NCBI RefSeq assembly: GCF_025526975.1
Contig: NW_026515672.1
Coordinates: forward strand, 1,116,001-1,180,000
Length of the DNA: 64,000 nt
Source of the DNA: Fimicolochytrium jonesii
Taxonomy: Eukaryota
Reading direction: 5' to 3'
Shown: positions 49,667 to 61,382 of the stretch, one piece after another
Numbering within the stretch: the stretch's first letter is position 1
Layout of the letters: every line of letters begins with the position of its first letter
The notes under the pieces: model-generated
The model's database searches: none
What the model saw: the letters and a program-made list of their open reading frames with translations, nothing else
Told to the model about the DNA's origin: nothing
Position numbers and translations under genes: made by a program

Positions 49667-51179
49667 CTAAGATTTCCGCGCCTTCGGTATCGAGCCGCGA
49701 TGGCGGGGAGGCGGTGGTGAAGTCGGAGGCGGGGTCGGTTTTGCCTTTGCTGGCTTGGATGCCACTGTTGATGATGACGGCGCATAGGGTGGTTTCGAGT
49801 CTACCGTGGTCGGTTTTATCATCGTCGTCTCCAGCTTGATCTCCTTGATGTGTGGGTTGGTTGGTGTTGGTGGGATAGGACGTAATTTCGCTGGTGCTGG
49901 CGTCGCGGCGGTGTGCGATTTTGATGGGATCGTGGGCGTAGGCCCCACCGTCGTCCCGCTTGCGGTCGTAGTCGCACCACCCCTAACCCCACCCTGCACC
50001 GCAAACACGTTTACCCCTTCTCCCACCCCCCCAATCGATTCCCTAAGCGGCGCAGTAATAGCGGCGAGCGCATCCTTCACCCTCCTCCTCCGCCGTGCAA
50101 GCGTCCACAGATAACAGTTCTGCGCGACCGAATAGAACGCCGATGTCGTCCAGTACAATGTCAACGCCTAAAACAATATAACAAAATATGCTTAAATCCT
50201 CGGAAGGGAAGGGAAGGGAGATATGAGGTATAAGATGTGGTAGGTTACCATGGGAACTTGTGAAGCGACGGGAACGAGGGCCAGCGAGAGGCCACGGAAG
50301 AGGTAGACGATGGCGCGGGAGGTGCCTTGCGGGTGGGTCATCTTTGTTATTGAGTTGTTCAACTGGGGTGGGGGAGAGAGAAGGGGGATTAGTCAGGATG
50401 CGAGAAGTGGTGGGAGGAAAGTGGTAGGAAAGGCTTGCTCGCTCCCGTAAGGAGCCTGCCCACTCTCTCCACCAGCGCTCGCCTCTCGCCTCCGCTCGTC
50501 AGCTCACCTCGACATTCAAAAGATGCGCCGCCCCCAACGCGATCGGCCAGATCAAGGTCGGATCCGCACTCGCCAGATCTACAAACCACGCCGTACCCCC
50601 CTCTCTAAACCCCTCGACCACCTCCCTCGGTTCACAAAAGGGCACCGGGTACGCGCTCATCTGCCTCAAACTCAAACTCAGACAAACCCACATTGGGATC
50701 TGCACTAACGGCCGCCAAATCAGCTTGAGCGGACTGGCGTCCATCGCGTTATATATCTCCACTCCTTTGACGTGTAAGTGTCGCCGCAGCGTGGGCTCGT
50801 CGGCGAGAGTGTGATTGATCCCAACAAGCCCTTGTAAATGTTTCCGGCGAAACGTATTCTCCCACGCCTTGATCAAAGTCGTGGCGGTGTGGAAGCGCTC
50901 GAGGCGCTTTTTTTGGTCGAGAGCGAGAGGGAGGGTGAGGCATGTGCGGAGGGTTAGGGTGGCGGTTATGAGGGTCAGGTACCAGGGGAGGTTGGTGGTT
51001 TGATGGAGGGTTGTGAGGAAGGTAGTGCAGGCGTCAAGGACGAAGTGCCGGCGGGGGGTGTGGTTGGAGTGCGTGAGGAGGTGGGATGTTGGGGATGCCG
51101 CCCATTGTGGCGAGTGGCGATTGTGACGATGTGGATGTCCGCGAGAGAGGGCGACCGCATGTGACCGACGAAGGAGCAT
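49667..51179 (-). CDS. COX18: Mitochondrial inner-membrane insertase Cox18 (Oxa1/YidC family; 3 exons)
   Basis: Presequence, then LHQTTNLPWYLTLITATLTLRTCLTLPL, PLVQIPMWVCLS, GGTAWFVDLASADPT and LYWTTSAFYSVAQN. Confidence 0.85.
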
Positions 51180-51318
51180 CCTGTGGGAGCGTTGTCGCTG
51201 TGAGGGGTATCGAGAGGGGTAATCTGGCGGAGTTGAGTATGGCCGAGGGGTTGATGATCTTGGCTTCCTGCAATGCGGACGACGGAATGTCCAGGAGTCT
51301 CGAAAGCGCAGACATCCA

Positions 51319-51360
51319 TCACGTGCGCTCTCATAGGGCCCGTCTCCGTATAAAAAGGGG
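51319..51360 (+). promoter_or_regulatory. Putative promoter of snoRNA host gene 2: TCACGTG + TATA box (divergent from COX18)
   Basis: CACGTG at 51320-51325 and TATAAAAAGGGG at 51349-51360, the same 12-mer as at 3515. Confidence 0.6.
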
Positions 51361-51765
51361 CGCATCTCACAACTCGGCAGTTCCCCAACCCACAGCTACA
51401 GTCGCAATGCCGTCCTCTCCGTCTCCCAGGGGCAAACCCAAAGGACCCACCGCTCCGTGATCGTCCAACACTTCCAACCCCGGCGAGCTCACCCTTCGCG
51501 TGTTCACTCCATAAGTCAGGCAGCATCGACTACCAGCAACTTCGCCACCGATATATGTACTTCCGCCAGCCGGCTTCTCATGGTACGTTCCCGTCTGGAT
51601 ATCTAGAGTGGGAACAGACTCTGGCTCTGTGCGTTGGGCGGTGTCGACATGGAGGGAGAATGCAGATGGAGCCATTTTTTGGACATCTGATGAGATGGCG
51701 GGTGGGGTTTTCTCCGTTGAGAGACATCAGGAAATGGGACCCTCCCGAACCTCGTTCATTGCTCG

Positions 51766-51853
51766 ATGGATGGATGGATGGATGGATGCCTGCTTGTCCC
51801 TCATCTGTGGATACATAGTCGGACGGATGGATGGATGGATGGATGGATGGATG
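51766..51853. repeat. (GGAT)n microsatellite, two tracts
   Basis: gatggatggatggatggatggatg at about 51766-51788 and 51826-51853. Confidence 0.9.
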
Positions 51854-52194
51854 AGAACGCGTCCCTATGTGAAGCCCATATCACACGGAGCAGAGAACTA
51901 ATCGACCCTGTACTCCCACTTCTAGACAGCATCGTCGACCCATGGCGCCTGACGATGGAGGCGGAGTCACTTCCTCGAAGCCGAGCAATGGGCGATGAAG
52001 CCGAGAGGCCGCAACGCCGGACGCTACGGTCGATGATCCAAAGACGATATTAGCAGCGGCCGTCACCACCGGATTGCTCCGTTCATTTTAACGAACGTCC
52101 GTCCCGTCACCCCCCGTACCCAAGGTAAGCCTCAACCCCTCCCCACACCCCACCCGCAAAGAGCTATGAAGACACGAAAGAAAGGGGTTCGCAA

Positions 52195-52273
52195 AGGATT
52201 ATATCATACCATATTTGCTACTTCAGAGGCTCCTTCGGGGTCGATGAGAAATATTTCCACCCATAGAAAATGA
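52195..52273 (+). ncRNA. Box C/D snoRNA, U24/snR24-like D' guide plus an 18S guide at box D
   Basis: Box C AGGATTA 52195-52201. Guide ATATTTGCTACT (52211-52222) pairs with LSU AGUAGCAAAUAU; D' CAGA 52224-52227; C' GATGAGA. Guide CCACCCATAGAA (52257-52268) pairs with SSU UUCUAUGGGUGG; box D ATGA 52270-52273. Long flanking stem about 52166-52188 / 52281-52300. Confidence 0.85.
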
Positions 52274-52481
52274 TGCACATACCCCTTTTTTGCGTTTCAT
52301 CACTCTTCTTGCGGTCGTGCTCGCAGCCTGTGTTCTTGTTGGCAGAGGGCTAACCGTTTGGTGATTGTCTTCAGGCATTTGGAATCGGCGACATCTCAAG
52401 ATGACGGCTAACGACTACGACCGACAACGACGCCATCGTTCGCTAACGGTCAAGATTGTCGAAGTCAAGGTCCGACGAGGC

Positions 52482-52927
52482 CCCTGGCTGAGTGCCTAAA
52501 CATTGAGGGTGGCTCCCCCGGCTGTGAGCCGTAAAGCGCTTGGGGATGGTCTCCCCGGCTGTTAGCCGTAAAAGTACCTGAGGATGGCTTCCCCGGCTGT
52601 GAGCCGTAAAGCGCTTGAGGATGGTCTCCCCGGCTGTGAGCCGTAAAAGTACCTGAGGATGGCTTCCCCGCTGTGAGCCGTAAAGCGCTTGAGGGTGGTC
52701 CCCCCGGCTGTGAGCCGTAAAAGTACCTTTGAGGGTGGTTCCCCCGGCTGTAAACCGTAAAGCGCTTGATTTGAGGGTGGCTCCCCCGGCTGTGAGCCGT
52801 AAAATGCTAGAGGGTGGCTCCCCGGCTGTGAGCCGTAAAGCGCTTAATTGAGGGTGGCTCCTCCGGCTGTGGGCCGTAAAGCGCTTTAAGAGAGGGTTGT
52901 TCCCCTGGCTGAGAGCCCAAAGCACCA
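52482..52927. repeat. Minisatellite, about 10 conserved 37/38-bp units plus degenerate flanking units
   Basis: Unit TGAGG(G/A)TGG(C/T)nnCCCCGGCTGTGAGCCGTAAA, followed alternately by GCGCT or AGTACC. Confidence 0.95.
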
Positions 52928-53281
52928 AGTGAGGCGAGCGCCCTGACCGAGAGCCTAAGCAGAGAGAGAGCTACCGGAGACGCTAAGTGCATGAGATGAG
53001 CACGAGATTGGGTTGTCACCGTCACCCTGGCTGAGTGCCTAAAGCGGAGAGAGAAGCGAGGTACTCGGCGGAGAGCCGAAGTGAAGGTTAAAGCCCGGAG
53101 AGGGTAAAGTGAACATCGGTGGACCTGGTGGAGCACCGAACCTCCCGCTCGGCCGCAGTACCTCCCCAGTCTTCATGGTTACCAACCAACACGCTTGAAA
53201 TGGCGCCAAATTGTCGACTACACCGGCATCGAAGTCTTCCACGAAAACGATGAAAGCCATTCTGATCATCAAGGCACTACA

Positions 53282-53440
53282 TCATCGGCATTGACGACAT
53301 TTACGCCAAGGCGTCCTCCTTCTAAGACCAGCGCACCTATAACGAATTTCTACGCGAGACGGCAACGAACGCGGCTTCATCCACAAATGGCCTTTGTAGA
53401 AGTAGAACATTGTCGGCGTGTTCTCCGTCATGTGGATAAC
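53282..53440 (-). pseudogene. Possible FLYWCH/WRKY-like zinc-finger relic (MULE-type)
   Basis: FYFYKGHLWMK...RYRCAGLRRRTPWRKCRQC, followed by a stop. The resemblance is weak. Confidence 0.25.
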
Positions 53441-54249
53441 GTGCGCGTTCAAGAAGTCGGAACCATGATTGCTCGCGAAGGAGGTCGACGGTGCGGACTT
53501 GCACCTTCGAGGACGTTGTTGGAGACGAGACGGTCGAGTTTCTGACGCCGAATGGCCCGTTGTAGGTCGGCGAAGGAGAACTCGGGAAAGCAGCGCTGAA
53601 TGAGCTCCGGCTTCCACCGTTCCTGGACGCGAATGCGCTGGCCCGTTTGGGGGCTGCGTTGGCGAGACGTTGAGGAGGCAGGGAGGGTGCTGCCTGTCGT
53701 CGCTTCCGTGAGGCAAAGCCATTTTGGCGGACAACGTGTGTACTATATGTCCCGAACGGCTTGGATGGTGGTGGGCTTATCGATGACTCTGTATCATATC
53801 GGTGGTTGGCGCTGCGACAACAGAAGTGGGTGGCGCATGACTCTAGGGGGTCGAAGCAATCTATGTGTCTTCCAGAACACTACGTAGATAGATGCGGATG
53901 GGATGTGTGTGTACCCCATTTTGACGAAAGCCATGAAAGTAACGCAGAGTGTTGCGAATGACATTGTGTCGAAGTGACGAGCGAGGGCACTGGGGGGATA
54001 AACACGAGGCTTGTCGCGCACGCCCACACGGACTTGCAACGTCAACTGTGGGCACTCGGACTTTCTTCCTGCCTTCTTCCTGTCGTCACAACTCGTTTCT
54101 CCGCATCCTGTTCTCCACACCCCCCCCGCCCCTATAAAACCCTTGCCTATCATGTCTCACCCCCTTCTTATCGCCTGTTCTACGGAGTCTCGCAACCAAC
54201 CGCATACTCAGCACAACCATCATATTGTCTGCACACAACCATCATCATC

Positions 54250-55738
54250 ATGTCAGGCCCACCAGCCCTCCAAGACCCACACCCGCGCCCGCTCTCCAAA
54301 GTCGCACGCCAGAGCGCAAAGAACACGTTTCCGCTTTGCGAATGGCGCAGGGTGCCGACGTTGGGCGACGCCGCCGCGAACTTGGGATACTCGGTCGCGA
54401 CGGTCGCGACCGGGGTCGCTAGTGCTGGGTATGTGGGGGGGTGAGAGGGGGGGCGTCGAGAGCGACGGCGAGGTTGCTTGAGGCAGGCGAGCCACAATTG
54501 CGCCAAAGGCGCAGTGCTTCCCTTAACCATGGTTCTTAGCTAGCCTCAGCGAGCGTCAGACATTTTGGCGAGCGAAGCGAGCTACGCTTCGCCCACCGCA
54601 GCCCAATCTCTTTGATGCTGTATCGTTTTGTTAATGGTCGATGGGTGACGACTTGGATGGTTGATGGTTGTTGACTGAATTACCATTGTGATTGTCTAGA
54701 TTCACACTGGGAGTCCTTGTCCCCCTCGGATTGGTAAAAAGCCTATTTGCTGTTGCCAGTTGGGTGTTCATGAAGAAAGTGGATGATGAGCCGAAGGTGG
54801 TTGTCGTCACCGGCGCCAGGTATGTCACGTCTCTTACCATCTTCACGATCCCACCACCCGCATCACCATCACTAAACACCAACCGTTATAATTCAACAGC
54901 AGCGGCATCGGCGCCGCCCTGGCCCTCGAATACGCCCGCCCCTCCACACACATCCACATCATCGCCCGCAACAAAGAGCGTCTCGACAAAGTCGCCCACG
55001 CCATCCACCTCGCCGGTGGCACACCGCACATCCATCAACTCGACCTGTCCCTCCCCTCCCCTCAACCCATCACGGACCTCATCAACCGCATCGACGCAGA
55101 GCACGGCGGCATCGACCTCGTCATCCCAGCTGCCGGCAACATCGGCCTCGGCGAGGACGGGGAGGGTGAAACCAAATGGGACGCCGCGATGGCGGAGAAG
55201 ATGGTAGATCTGAACGTCCGCGGCGCCGCGCGAGTCATCTTTGCGGCCTGGGAACGGATGAAGGAACGCCGAAAAGGCAAAATCTGCGTGATTGCCAGCA
55301 TCGCTGCGTGGGGCGGGCCCGGGAACTTTGCGCTGTATTGCTCGTCCAAGGCGTATTTGTACCGGTTTGCGCTGCATCTGCGTCAGATCTCCATCCCGTA
55401 CAATATTCAGGTCACCACCGTCTGCCCCGGTACGTTCCCCTCCACCTTTCTTCCCGCATACCCCCCTTCTAACCCCACCCCCCATAGGCCTAATCGACAG
55501 CGCAATGACAACCTCGATGCGCAAGCTCGGCTCCATCGTGCCCAAACCCCTGCACAGCTCGCCCGCGAAACTGGCCGTGCATGTCAGGAAAGCGGTGAAG
55601 GAGAACCGTGGGGTGACGAGCTGGCCGTACCACCAAGGTGTCGCGCAGTATGCGTTCAGGGGCCTGAATCCGGTCTGTGAGGAGATTGCGGTCTGGGTCG
55701 GGGTTGTGAGTGGGGGTGCTAGTGATGTTTTGACCTAA
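54250..55738 (+). CDS. Short-chain dehydrogenase/reductase with N-terminal membrane anchor (4 exons)
   Basis: Spliced VVVVTGASSGIGAALALEYA, IDLVIPAAG, ICVIASIA, YCSSK and VCPGLIDSAMT. Confidence 0.88.
54455..54600 (+). repeat. CG-rich intronic dispersed repeat, copy 2
   Basis: TGCTTGAGGCAGGCGAGCC (54475), GCGAGCGTCAGA (54549) and CGAGCGAAGCGAG (54569), inside SDR intron 1. Confidence 0.65.
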
Positions 55739-56414
55739 GGGTCACACCTGAAGGTTGGGTTTGGAATCGTGTCGATCGGGGTTTGGGTTAGGCCCGAGAA
55801 AGTGGGGCTGTGAATGCTCTTTTGGAGTAACGATTCTTGAATTTGTACATACATACGTGGAAGGGGTTGGCGCATCATACCCACCCCTTCCTCATTTTTC
55901 TTGCCCTCATCGGAGGATGAATACCATTTCTGGTTGCATACCCTTCACATCGTCTTCCTCGCTCCAACGTACAAACGAAACTTCCGTATCGCCGACGGAT
56001 AAAAGAGAGGAAAAGAGGCCGCAGCCGCTCATCTCTCAGATTCCCCAAATATAGACATGATGCGCAAACGGACACATAAAGCGGGGAAGGGAGGGGAAGC
56101 GTTCCTCTGTCTGCAGCGCCGTCATTTCGTCTCCATACCATCCATCCCATCTCATCCAGCTTTATTCCGGTATCTCCCCATGCCGCCCACTGCAGACATG
56201 TGCTCTCCAACGACGAAACGCCACCCGCAGCCAATGCAGCGCACACCGTCCGCGTGTGTGTTTAGGCATCTCAGAGCTTTCAAGGCCATGTTTCGGCTGT
56301 AATATCTCGCCCTCCCTCGCCCCGACGGCCTCCTTCATACCCTCACCCTGCTCACCCCTTGAGCGCCCAACACTCCACAGTCCCCCCCCGTATTCCCCCC
56401 CCGGCAATCGTGCT

Positions 56415-57122
56415 CTAACCCCTCGTCGGCGGGCTCACAAGAATAACGCTATCCCCTCTTACGAACAGCATCTCGTGGCTGCGTTTCACGATCTGCAAAA
56501 AAAATGAGTGCCCAATTCTCCCCACCGCGGAAAGACAAAATAGGTTGGGGAAACGGTACCCGAACAGCCTCGTCGAAGGTCACCTCGTTGACGTCGACGA
56601 CCGTGATGGATTCCTCGACGTCGCCCATCACCATGTTCATGTGTTGGTCGTAGGCCTGGGGAGAAGGAAACGGGGGGCGTTAAAAGCGACCCGACGATTC
56701 TGCCTTCCAGCCCAAATTGCCCCGTTTTCAAAGAGTACTGGGTCCCCCAACCGGGGGCACAAATCCAAAGGCAGCCAGTCCCCCCTCCCACTCCGTCCGT
56801 CTCCCAACGCATCCATCCCATCCCCACCCATCCGCCCCCCAACTCCCATCTCACACACCACCGGACCGGCATGGTTTCCATTCCAAAAACGTACGTGGAG
56901 CTTCCCCCTGAGTTCGCGATCGCCGCGCATTTTGACGTACACCCGTTCGTCGAGGGAGAGGCGGACGAGATCTAGGGGCTGGTATGTGTAGACGGAGGAT
57001 ATATGAGTTGGATGTGCATGAAGAGACTCGGACACGGGGATCGGGAGTGGGGGCGGCGAAAGGAGACGTACCTCGGTTGTTTCCCTGGCTTCTCCCTGTT
57101 GCTGTGGTGGTGCTGTGTCCAT
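56415..57122 (-). CDS. LSM3: U6 snRNA-associated Sm-like protein Lsm3 (4 exons)
   Basis: [44 protein letters not shown]...[16 protein letters not shown]. Confidence 0.95.
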
Positions 57123-57281
57123 TGTGCTTATGTGGTCGGCGTCGGAGGGGATGAGCGGGTGTTTGGGGGGGTATTGGTTGCGCAAACGCAGTTGGGAGTG
57201 AATTTGGAGGGCGCGCTCCCCTTCCCTTTCTCTTTCTTCTTTCTTCCCTCAACGTGGACATACGCTCACAGCTGCACAGGA

Positions 57282-59177
57282 ATGAGCAAAGACGACTCGC
57301 CGAAACTCGCCGCAGCAACCGACGCAATGGACGTCGTCGACACAGCAGCCGCCGCAAAAGCGGCCAAAAAGGCCGAAAAGAAACTCAAGAAGGAGAAAAA
57401 GGCCGCCGCTGCCGCGAAGGAAGAGACCCCGGTCTCTGTCGGTGAGGACGCTGTCGTTGCTGAGAAGAAAGACAAGAAGAGCAAGAAGAGGTCGAGGGAG
57501 GAGACTGTCGCTGCGGAGGAGGTCAAGACGACTGTGACTGTGAATGAGGAGGAGGCGGACGGGAGGGAGAAGAAGAAGAAAAAGAAGGAAAAGAAGGATA
57601 AGAAGGAAAAGGCCGCCGACGACACCGAGTCCGCACCAGCAAAGGCGAAAAGCTTCGCAAAATCCGCCAGCCAATCCTGGGTCTACAAACAAAGCCCCGC
57701 CCTCAGCGCCGTCCCCCAAGCGACCATCGACGCCTTTTACAAAGACAACGCCGTCGAAGTCACCGGCGACTGGGACACGGCCTCCCACCGGCCCATCCTC
57801 GAATTCGCCCAGGCCGGCCTACCCGCGCAGGTCGAGCAGCACCTCTCCGCCTTCCCCAAACCCACCTTCATCCAGTCCGCCTGCTGGCCCGCGCTGCTCA
57901 GCGGCCGCGACATGATCGGGATCGCGTCGACGGGGAGCGGGAAGACGTTGGCGTTTGGTGTACCCGCTTTGATTCATGTGCAGAACCGCGCCGCGTTGGA
58001 GGGGACTGGGAAGAAGGGTGGGAAACGCCTCCCGCAGGTGCTTATCCTCTCCCCAACCCGCGAGCTCGCCATGCAGATCCAGGAGCAGATGGAAAAATTC
58101 GGGGCGGCAGGCGGGCTCAAAAGCATCGTTCTGTACGGCGGTGTGCCCAAATGGGAGCAGAAGAAACTCCTTCAAAAGGGTGACGTGAACATCATCGTCG
58201 CGACCCCGGGCCGTCTCATCGACCTGATTGAAGAGGACGACGCAACCTGCAACATCTCCGACGTGTCCTACTTTGTCCTCGACGAAGCCGACCGCATGCT
58301 CGACCTCGGGTTCGAGGAAGCGATCAAGAAGATCATCTCACACCTCGCCAAAAAGAACCGCCAGACCGTCATGTTCTCCGCCACCTGGCCGCCCGCAATC
58401 CAGAAGATCGCCGAGCAGTACCTCACGACCGCGGTCAAGATCACCGTCGGGTCCACCGACCTCTCCGCCAACAACCGCATCGAGCAGCGGGTGGAAGTCA
58501 TTGACAACTTCAAAAAGGAGCAACGGCTCATCGAGCTGCTCAAACTCTACCACAACAAGCAACGCACGAACCGGATCCTGATCTTTGCACTCTACAAGAA
58601 GGAAGCGGCGAGGTTGGAACAGATGCTCCGCCGCAACGGGTACAACATCGTGGGAATCCACGGCGACCTCTCCCAAGCCCAACGCACAGCCGCCATCGAC
58701 GCCTTCCGCTCCGGAACAACCCCCCTCCTCATCGCCACCGACGTCGCGGCGAGAGGTCTGGATATCCCGAACGTGGAGTACGTGATCAACGTGACCTTTC
58801 CGCTGACCGTAGAGGATTACTGTCACCGGATTGGACGGACCGGGCGGGCCGGCGCGACGGGGATCAGTCATACGCTGTTTACGGTGAATGACAAGGGGCA
58901 TAGTGGGGGGTTGATCAATGTGTTGAAGCAGGCGGGGCAGAAGGTGCCGGCGGAGCTTATGAAGTTTGGGACTACGGGTATGTTTCTACGGGTTTTTTTT
59001 GGGGGAGGATGTTGTTGCTTTGCATGATCCGCCCCGTTGTCTAACACAGTCCCCCGCTCTCTCTGTACTGTAGTCAAGAAGAAGGTAGACCCCAACTACG
59101 GCGCATTTGCAAAAGACATCGACATGTCCGTCAAGGGCAAGAAGATCACCTTCACGGCCGATTCCGATTCCGAGTAA
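57282..59177 (+). CDS. DBP3: DEAD-box RNA helicase Dbp3 (intron 58977-59072)
   Basis: Lys-rich N-terminus, all DEAD motifs, [32 protein letters not shown] and C-terminal KFGTTVKKKVDPNYGAFAKD...KKITF. Confidence 0.95.
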
Positions 59178-59620
59178 ATTCCGTAGATATTTCTTCGTGC
59201 ATGAAGCGCATGGAGGATGGCCCTCAGGGGATAATTACCAGACGGGCAGTTATCCACTACGGTTCATATTTCATATTCGCTTATGTCATATAGGAGGATA
59301 GAATAGCGTAGGTGGTCGGGACCGGGGGATGGACGGACGGATGTGGGGCATGCGTTTTTTGTGTACCACTTTTTTGTTTATGTATTTAAGAATTTGAGTC
59401 TCCGTCCTAGTTCGCTCCCGCTTCCAATATCCGTGGGGGATATGCGCGTGAGATCACCCGACTCCCCTTTTTCCCCAACGACATTCCGGGCTCGGACTAC
59501 TTCAGTTGACATTTCTATTTAGTCTACACACACAACGAAAACACTTCCTCTACAGCGCTCTTCCCCGTCGTCCCAACCTGCACAGGGTATACCAAATAAC
59601 ATCGCCCTGAACCAGCACCA

Positions 59621-60295
59621 ATGGCCCATTCAACCTGCACGGCCTCCACCCCGTCCCCGCTAAGCCGCCTCGCCGACCAAATCCTCCTCGGAGCCTCATC
59701 TCCCTCCTCCACCAAAGGCCGCCGGCACTCCACCCGCCCCGAGATCCCACACAGGCCGGGCTTAGCATCCCCCACGTCGACATTCTCGCAGAACTGGGAC
59801 GGGGAATTCGCGCAATTCGCTGCCGGGCCGTCTCGGGACACAGCGCCGGCGTGCCTCACAGACGAGGGGTCGTGCCAAGCCCGGGATAGGGTCCACGAAC
59901 CCATCTTGCGTCTCCCCACGCTGTCAAGCTACGTGTCGGGTGGTGCGGGGGATTCGGACGAGGAGGGGGGGGAGGAGTATTCGGCCGCGTGGTCGAATGA
60001 GGCTCTGACCGCCGCCTACCTCCGGTCCAGCCCGCCTGCGCATTGCGAGCAGAAACAGAAACAGACGATACGTGCGCGGACGGCGGGGACGACGTGGGCG
60101 GCTGAGTTTGTCGCGCGTGTGGACTCGATAGCGGATGCGGAGGCGGCGTTTTGGGAGGCGAGGGGCGGGAAGGGGGGGTGGAATTGGAGGGGGTTGTTTT
60201 GTGGGGCTGGGGACGTGGGACGGGGAGAGGGGAGGGATGGGGAGGGGGAGAAGGGAAGGGAGAGGTTGGCGTTGCTTTTGGGGCATTTTCGGTGA
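59621..60295 (+). CDS. Hypothetical protein (exon boundaries uncertain)
   Basis: 224-aa ORF with the C-rich then G-rich codon pattern seen in native genes. No family recognised. Confidence 0.35.
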   Translation: MAHSTCTASTPSPLSRLADQILLGASSPSSTKGRRHSTRPEIPHRPGLASPTSTFSQNWDGEFAQFAAGPSRDTAPACLTDEGSCQARDRVHEPILRLPTLSSYVSGGAGDSDEEGGEEYSAAWSNEALTAAYLRSSPPAHCEQKQKQTIRARTAGTTWAAEFVARVDSIADAEAAFWEARGGKGGWNWRGLFCGAGDVGRGEGRDGEGEKGRERLALLLGHFR

Positions 60296-61382
60296 CTGCT
60301 TGAGTGCCTTCTTGTGTGGGAACTACGGGAACATGTTCCCATCGACGGGATGGGTGCGATGGCCTTATAACGCATTCGCGGCCATCGCCCACAACCCGGA
60401 TCATACCCACCACAGGAGGTCGATATACGTGACATCGCTGTGAGCTTACCGCATACTATCGAAGTGACAGCGGCCCCCCCGGAGCTCCAAAGTGACGAAA
60501 CCGACACCTCGCCGTCCGATATCGCGCGGGGCCACGGAGATGGGGCAAACCCGCCGGCGATGGTAGTGGACAAGGGTGACCCTCCTCGCCACAACATCAT
60601 CACAGAATAACGCTGGTGCACAGTAGAAACGCCTCGACGCTGTGTATGCATCACCGAGTGAATACGCAAAGTATGAATTCCCAGACCGGGCACGAAAACT
60701 ACCCTACACCCTATCGAGCTCAAAACATCGCATCTCTATACTGCGCTCCACTCTGTTCGTCTGATCCCTCCACCGCTACGGATCCCGCACGCATTCCTAC
60801 ATCAACACACCCTTGAGCATACATCTTATATACACCCACGAGCAATCCCCCCCGTCCATCCCTTCCTACGTAGAATTCTCCAAATCGATCGAGTTGCTGA
60901 AGATGTAGATCGACCGCGATACATGGTGGAAGATCCTGTTTTTCTGTACTACCCGCCGTAGGCCCAATAAAGGCGCCTTCGGGTTCACGTAGGCGTGCCG
61001 TCCGTATAAACTGGTGGTTTTGAGAACTTGTGGGGATTATTTCTCTGGGCTTCTATTCGACCCAATCAGGACGTCGTTGGGCCCCGAGTGTCGGGTTGGG
61101 CTTTCGTTTTCGCGTTCGAACCACAAGCGGGCTGTCCTTCGGTTCATAACCACAAGCGGGCTCGCCCCCCGAGACAGCCTCTAGCGCGGCATCTCGGTTC
61201 CACATCCGTTTCGGGAAATGTTATTTCGCGAAGTGTTTACCCCCACCCATCAGTTCATCAGCGGCCCCACGCCCTCGCCGAGCTCACATCTGCGGCGTCT
61301 CGGTCCCACAGACGGACGACAATCTTTTCGATAAACATCCGATTTCGAGAACGATTCCACTCATCACCGGCATGCCCCTCAC

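Larger units (their letters stand above)
51375..52440 (+). ncRNA. Non-coding snoRNA host gene 2 (ends approximate); predicted introns 51583-51925 and 52125-52374
   Basis: Donors GTACGT and GTAAGC, branch points ACTAAT and GCTAAC, acceptors CTAG and TCAG. The exons hold only tiny ORFs. Confidence 0.55.

Noticed and set aside
51687..51745. Hammerhead ribozyme (CTGATGA...GAAA)
   Set aside because: Stem II is not directly followed by GAAA, and I could not build stems I and III with a cleavage triplet.
52482..52927. CRISPR-like array or repeat protein (161-aa minus ORF)
   Set aside because: There are no unique spacers and no cas genes, and the context is eukaryotic. Unit lengths of 37/38 bp shift frames, so the ORF is probably incidental.
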